A model generated the notes under the pieces. It saw only the letters and a program-made list of their open reading frames with translations, had not been told where the DNA came from and ran no database searches. A DNA stretch of 64,000 nucleotides from an uncultured virus (IMG/VR IMGVR_UViG_3300032038_008756) (lineage: Duplodnaviria; Heunggongvirae; Uroviricota; Caudoviricetes), in the IMG/VR virus record IMGVR_UViG_3300032038_008756. One strand, given 5' to 3'. Of this stretch, positions 59,158 to 64,000 are shown in pieces. The position numbers and the translations under genes were made by a program. Each line of letters opens with the position of its first letter. The first letter of the stretch is position 1.

Positions 59158-59805
59158 ATGTTAAGAGAATATGAATTTTTTGTAGAAACCAGTTATTATC
59201 CACGACTCTTTATTAAAACTAATTTAAAATGGAATACAGCTTTCGTTAATGAGTATCTTCAAGTAGGTTGGAGAGCGGAAGACAAGCTATTTATGGCAAC
59301 TTCAACTAATATTAAACATCTAGCACGCTTTTTAGAGAAGTCTGTTGCTGAAAATGCAATGGTAGTTATGGCTTGTGCGAAAAAGCTCCTTACGAAGGAT
59401 GAAATAAGAGACTGGTTTGATCTATGTGATTTAACAACAGAACATTGGATTAAGGTAGGAACAGGAACTTATAACCATTCATTGCAACAGGATTTTAAGG
59501 AGTTTGTAAAAACTGGTAATGATAAACTCGTTATGAAGTATTTATCAAATCCAGAATTAGTTAGTTTTGCAACTCCTAGAATTGCCGGTCCTAAATGGAA
59601 ACCGAAAAAAGGAAGAGGTTTTAAAACTTTTTATGATATGGATCCTGTATTTGAAGCTGAAATATCCAGAGTTAAGAATCAACATTTAAGAGGGGGTCGT
59701 GGACAAGAGGAATTATTAATTAATGGAATTAAAAATTGGCAAACTGTATTTAACTTAGGGGATTCAGTTTGTTATAAATATAGATTTGTAGAGTATGAAG
59801 TATAA
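59158..59805 (+). CDS. hypothetical protein, FIEY-motif family
   Basis: terminal RFVEYEV; internal IAGPK. Confidence 0.7.
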   Translation: MLREYEFFVETSYYPRLFIKTNLKWNTAFVNEYLQVGWRAEDKLFMATSTNIKHLARFLEKSVAENAMVVMACAKKLLTKDEIRDWFDLCDLTTEHWIKVGTGTYNHSLQQDFKEFVKTGNDKLVMKYLSNPELVSFATPRIAGPKWKPKKGRGFKTFYDMDPVFEAEISRVKNQHLRGGRGQEELLINGIKNWQTVFNLGDSVCYKYRFVEYEV

Positions 59806-60322
59806 GATTGTTAATAAGTACAGTACTATCTATCTTCAGGTAAGAATAAAATTTTACAAAGAGAGTATCCCTTTCCTAAAAACATTATTTCGTATAAAAG
59901 GGTGGAATCTTATGCCTAAAAATACAGAGAGGTTTTTAAAGAATAGTGTCAGTGAGTATAACTACCTTGCAATGTATACTTCTTCAGATTGGACAAGTAA
60001 GGTAAAAAATATTAGTGATGTTTGTGGAAATAAACCATTTTATTGGTCACCTTATATTAAAATTAATATAAAAAATCCTGATATTGTTGAATATAGGAAA
60101 ACTCACGATTTAAAAATTTTCTTAAAAGCCTTGAAAGAGAAGAATGTATCACTGGAATGGGAGCTTGCAGGTCCTAAGAGTATGAAAAAAGGTAACTATA
60201 GTGAAGTTGAATTAGAAGAAAATATCGAAAATTACCTAATCCGACTTAATGACACTAAAGCAAAAATAATAGGAACTCTAATTTATGAATGTAATAGACA
60301 TAAATTTATAGAGTTCGAATAA
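59795..60322 (+). CDS. hypothetical protein, FIEY-motif family
   Basis: terminal KFIEFE; internal LAGPK. Confidence 0.7.
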   Translation: MKYKIVNKYSTIYLQVRIKFYKESIPFLKTLFRIKGWNLMPKNTERFLKNSVSEYNYLAMYTSSDWTSKVKNISDVCGNKPFYWSPYIKINIKNPDIVEYRKTHDLKIFLKALKEKNVSLEWELAGPKSMKKGNYSEVELEENIENYLIRLNDTKAKIIGTLIYECNRHKFIEFE

Positions 60323-60373
60323 AAAGATAGACGTAAGTAGTTTAAATAATTACTTATATCTATCTATTTTTTT
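60322..60373. terminator. bidirectional terminator
   Basis: aaaagatagacgtaagta...tacttatatctatct hairpin with A and T tracts between convergent genes. Confidence 0.65.
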
Positions 60374-61087
60374 TTAATATTCAATATATTTATACTTATC
60401 TCTGCTATTAAAAATTTTTTCTTCTGAAATAGACTTTACAATAGCTTTCAAATCATCTCCAATATGCATCCATGTTTTATTAATATCATTCCACTGTCTA
60501 ATCATAACACACTTTTCTGTGCAATTTATTACACTAAGCTTTAAGTATATCATATTATCAGCTTCACCATTTCCACATCCACAAGTTATAGGATATATCT
60601 TAGAGTACACGGGAGAATTATTATAAGTTTCTTCGCCAATAATAGTGACCCTATTATTTGTAAAGAAAGAATCCCTGTCTGGAACATACCCATTCATATA
60701 GATTGGAAATTCCTCTTTTTCTGTAGAGGTTAGTCCTTCAAGGTGGTTTGGAATTGAGATTGTCTCTTTAATATAAATATAGATCTTTTGTTTAAGGTCT
60801 TTTTCTAACTGCTCTAAGTAAAAAACTTCTTTATTTTTATAGAAACAGCTTAAAGCAGTACTTAAGTCATCAAGAGTCTTTAATGCATATTCAGGAATTA
60901 AAAGATAATCTTCTCTTTGATTTTCTAATATAGAATAATATCTTCGATTAAATCGAGTATAAACTACTACTGTATAGGATTTATCATACCTTTCTATATA
61001 CGCCTTTGTATTACTATTATATATAGATATTATAAAATCCTTTCTATCCTTATTATAATCTTTTAAAATGTCATCAAACATAATCAA
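60374..61087 (-). CDS. hypothetical protein, FIEY-motif family
   Basis: terminal KYIEY. Confidence 0.7.
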   Translation of the reverse strand: MIMFDDILKDYNKDRKDFIISIYNSNTKAYIERYDKSYTVVVYTRFNRRYYSILENQREDYLLIPEYALKTLDDLSTALSCFYKNKEVFYLEQLEKDLKQKIYIYIKETISIPNHLEGLTSTEKEEFPIYMNGYVPDRDSFFTNNRVTIIGEETYNNSPVYSKIYPITCGCGNGEADNMIYLKLSVINCTEKCVMIRQWNDINKTWMHIGDDLKAIVKSISEEKIFNSRDKYKYIEY

Positions 61088-62010
61088 GGATAAAGTTGAT
61101 ATATCATTACATCATCTTCTTGTAAGTTTTCGATTGTCTTTTTCCAAATATCCATTTGTTGTTTATAAAATTCTTCTGAAAATTTATCTTTATTATAATA
61201 AGTGTACGCTGGAACTAACATTTCTCTTATTAATTCTTTTTGGGATTCTGTTGCTGTATCATATGTAAAGAAGGATTTAAGTTGAACTTCTTTATTCCCA
61301 TGTAAAATTCCGGTAAAGTATCCCATAGCTGTTTTAAGAATCATTTGAGAAAGTAGTTCTTGTTCTGTATATTTATGTATAGGAATTTCCGATTTAGTAG
61401 TAGATGCCCGTTGTTCTTTTTTATACATAGCCCAAACCTCTTCAGCACTTGGAATATAATCTTCGGGTAATTCTTCTACTACTATTTCTTTTTTCTTAGC
61501 TTCGTCTTCCTTTTCTTTGATCCAATTATACGGAAAGTATACTGAAATTTCTGATCTATCAAATATTCTAGAAATTACTTCATCTGCAGACATAGAACTA
61601 TCAATATCAGTGCATCTTTCTCTAATTCGTTTCAGTACATGTGAGTTGACCGTTGTAATATAATGACCAACCCTACCGTCAACTCTATACTTTAGGCCTC
61701 TAAAAATTACATAGAAGCTAGAACCATTCGAAGTAATTCCTTTACAGTGAATATGTGTATCATTAAGTGGCTTTTCTGGTTGTCCCTTCATTCCAGTTTT
61801 TATAAACCACTTATTAAAAGTTTTAGAAGAGGTTATAGTAACTGAACTATAAATCCAATCTTCAATAATTTTCCCCGGCACATTCTTTCTCTTACTTAGA
61901 TATGGTTTTCTAAGTTTTTCTCTTTCTCTTTTAATTATCTTCTTGACAAAATCTAGATCAATACTAAGATCTCTGTACAAGTCATTTCCTGTTAATTTTT
62001 CTGTTATCAT
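61084..62010 (-). CDS. hypothetical protein
   Basis: 308 aa ORF with HVLKRIRER motif, after CCTTATATATG. Confidence 0.75.
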   Translation of the reverse strand: MITEKLTGNDLYRDLSIDLDFVKKIIKREREKLRKPYLSKRKNVPGKIIEDWIYSSVTITSSKTFNKWFIKTGMKGQPEKPLNDTHIHCKGITSNGSSFYVIFRGLKYRVDGRVGHYITTVNSHVLKRIRERCTDIDSSMSADEVISRIFDRSEISVYFPYNWIKEKEDEAKKKEIVVEELPEDYIPSAEEVWAMYKKEQRASTTKSEIPIHKYTEQELLSQMILKTAMGYFTGILHGNKEVQLKSFFTYDTATESQKELIREMLVPAYTYYNKDKFSEEFYKQQMDIWKKTIENLQEDDVMIYQLYP

Positions 62011-62036
62011 AATTTTTCATATATAAGGCTTTAAAG

Positions 62037-62191
62037 AAAAAAAAGAAAAAGGGAAGGGCGCGATATGCCCTTTATTGTCCTGACTGTGGGCGTTAATAGT
62101 TGCGTAGTCCTTTCTTAAGATTTAAATGAGTTATATTAGGCGCGTGAACTGCCGCTTACTCATACTACGGCATGTGCCGCTTCCCTTCTTT
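62037..62191 (-). ncRNA. candidate structured small RNA
   Basis: GC-rich ORF-less island with its own CCTTATATGTG motif, nested stems and a U-tract end. Confidence 0.5.
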
Positions 62192-62240
62192 CACATATAA
62201 GGTTTTCAATACCTTTTCAGCCGTAACCCTTATATATGTT

Positions 62241-64000
62241 ATGATGAATAGAAAAGAAGCAAAATTAATAAGAGTATGTGCAGCTATACCAAAAGTAAAA
62301 GTTGCAAATGTAGATTATAATGTAGAGCAAATTATCAAATTAGTTGATAAAGCTTATAAACAAGATGTAGACGTTATAGTATTTCCGGAGCTTTGTGTAA
62401 CAGGTTATACTTGTGGAGATCTATTTCACCAAGAAACCTTAATAGAGGCTGCCGATAAAGGAATTTCTAAAATTCAAGCGGCATCTTTTAAAGCAAAAGA
62501 AATGATAATTATAGTTGGTTCTCCTATTCGAGAATATGGAAGGTTATTTAATTCAGCCGTTGTTATCCAAAATGGAGATCGAATTGGTACTGTTGGAAAA
62601 AAGTATCTTCCAGGTTATAAAGAATTTTATGAAGAACGATGGTTCAGTAAAGATAATCGACCAGCACAAATCTTTAAGACTCCTGATTTTAAGTTTGGAA
62701 TCGAAATTTGTGAAGATGTTTGGTCAGTAGTACCACCTTCTTGTAGGCTGGTTCAAAAAGGCGCTGAGATAATATTTAATTTGTCAGCTTCTAATGAGCT
62801 TATTGGAAAGCATGAGTATCTTATGGACCTTCTTAAACAACAAAGTGCAAGAACAATTGGCGGTTATGTGTATGCTTCATCTGGTTATGGGGAGTCCTCT
62901 CAAGATGTAGTTTATGCAGGAAATGCAATTATCTATGAAAATGGAAAACTTCTTGCTCAAAGTGAAAGATTTAAAATGGATGAGCAGATAATAGTTCAGG
63001 ATATTGATTTGGAGTCTATACAAAATGAAAGAACTGTTAATACATCATTTGCTAAGTATGTTGGGGCTCTTAAAGCATACCCTAATGAAATTTATCTTCC
63101 ACTTATCAAAAATCCAAAAGAAGATACTTTGAGAAAGTATAACGGTCAACCATTTGTTCCAAAGGGTGAAGAACTTAAGAAACGTTGTCAAGAAATTCTT
63201 GATATCCAGGTACATGCATTAGCTAAGAGGCTTGAACATACTGAAATGAAACCAGTAATTGGTGTATCTGGTGGCTCTGATTCGACTTGGGCATTGATAG
63301 TAATTATTGAATCGATGAAAAAACTTGGTCGACAAATGAGTGATATTGTTGGAGTAACTATGCCAGGTTTTGCTACTAGTTCTAGAACTAAAAATAACTC
63401 AAACCTTTTATTTGAGGGTTTTGGAATTACTGGTAAAGAAATTGATATCAAGGGAATTTGTGAAGCAGAATTAACTGCTCTTGGTCATGATAAAGAGACA
63501 CAAGATATTACCTTTGAGAATGTTCAAGCAAGAACTAGAACACAAATTCTAATGAATATTAGTAATCAAGAGGGTGGTCTAGTAATTGGAACAGGTGATC
63601 TCTCAGAATTAGCACTTGGTTGGTGTACCTATAATGCTGACCATATGAGTATGTATGGAGTTAATGCAAGTATTCCGAAGACACTCATTAAGTCTCTTAT
63701 TAGGTGGTATGCAGAAGAAAAAGCTGAAGAAAATGTACGTGTAGTATTATTAGACATTCTTAATACACCTGTTAGTCCAGAATTAACTGGTAGTGGTGCT
63801 GAAGGACAGAATGCACAAGTAACTGAGGATAATATTGGTCCGTATGAATTACATGACTTTTTCCTGTATAACATGCTAAGACATGGGTTTGGGCCGAAGA
63901 AAATTCTATATCTAGCGAAACATGCAGAATTCTCTAAGACTTATACACTAGCTGAGCTGAAAAAATGGTTAGAGGTCTTTATAAAGAGATTCTTTTCACA
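62241..64000 (+). CDS. nadE: glutamine-dependent NAD+ synthetase (runs off the window end; absent from the ORF track)
   Basis: read by eye: VFPELCVTGYTCGDLF, GIEICEDVW, NLSASNE, GVSGGSDST, ENVQARTRT, GTGDLSELALGWCTY. Confidence 0.93.
   Translation, partial: MMNRKEAKLIRVCAAIPKVKVANVDYNVEQIIKLVDKAYKQDVDVIVFPELCVTGYTCGDLFHQETLIEAADKGISKIQAASFKAKEMIIIVGSPIREYGRLFNSAVVIQNGDRIGTVGKKYLPGYKEFYEERWFSKDNRPAQIFKTPDFKFGIEICEDVWSVVPPSCRLVQKGAEIIFNLSASNELIGKHEYLMDLLKQQSARTIGGYVYASSGYGESSQDVVYAGNAIIYENGKLLAQSERFKMDEQIIVQDIDLESIQNERTVNTSFAKYVGALKAYPNEIYLPLIKNPKEDTLRKYNGQPFVPKGEELKKRCQEILDIQVHALAKRLEHTEMKPVIGVSGGSDSTWALIVIIESMKKLGRQMSDIVGVTMPGFATSSRTKNNSNLLFEGFGITGKEIDIKGICEAELTALGHDKETQDITFENVQARTRTQILMNISNQEGGLVIGTGDLSELALGWCTYNADHMSMYGVNASIPKTLIKSLIRWYAEEKAEENVRVVLLDILNTPVSPELTGSGAEGQNAQVTEDNIGPYELHDFFLYNMLRHGFGPKKILYLAKHAEFSKTYTLAELKKWLEVFIKRFFS

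Noticed and set aside
62515..63874. Short ORFs listed near the window end
   Set aside because: They lie within the long nadE frame, which the track missed because it has no stop inside the window
1..64000. Stop-codon reassignment as in Lak or some crAss-like phages
   Set aside because: Conserved enzymes are full length in the standard code and all three stops terminate genes; the single TAG at 53608 is better explained as decay

Overview
AT-rich, gene-dense segment of a large dsDNA bacteriophage genome in the standard genetic code. The host is probably Bacteroidota, judged from Bacteroidetes-type GltX, NadE and EndoV and a TAnnTTTG-like promoter. It carries many small hypothetical genes plus RNA repair (two ATP-dependent RNA ligase-like genes, RtcB), NAD synthesis (NadD, NadE), PurA-like, GltX, Fmt, EndoV, RNase H, DHH and calcineurin-like phosphoesterases, and a MoxR-like AAA plus VWA/metallopeptidase pair. 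Highlights: (1) a four-copy tandem array of DGR-type target genes with distinct variable tips, two decayed template repeats and an apparently deleted reverse transcriptase, plus a second orphan DGR-like target; (2) two paralogous SF2-helicase-like cassettes sharing a 37-bp upstream motif, structured leaders and a common 3' end; (3) eight diverged ORFs sharing a C-terminal (R/K)(F/Y)(I/V)E(Y/F) motif; (4) a GltX whose HipA-target serine is replaced by alanine; (5) a split, catalytically degenerate P-type ATPase; (6) a recurrent CCTTAnnnnTG element often 1-3 nt before the ATG. All family assignments come from motif recognition by eye; no database searches were run.
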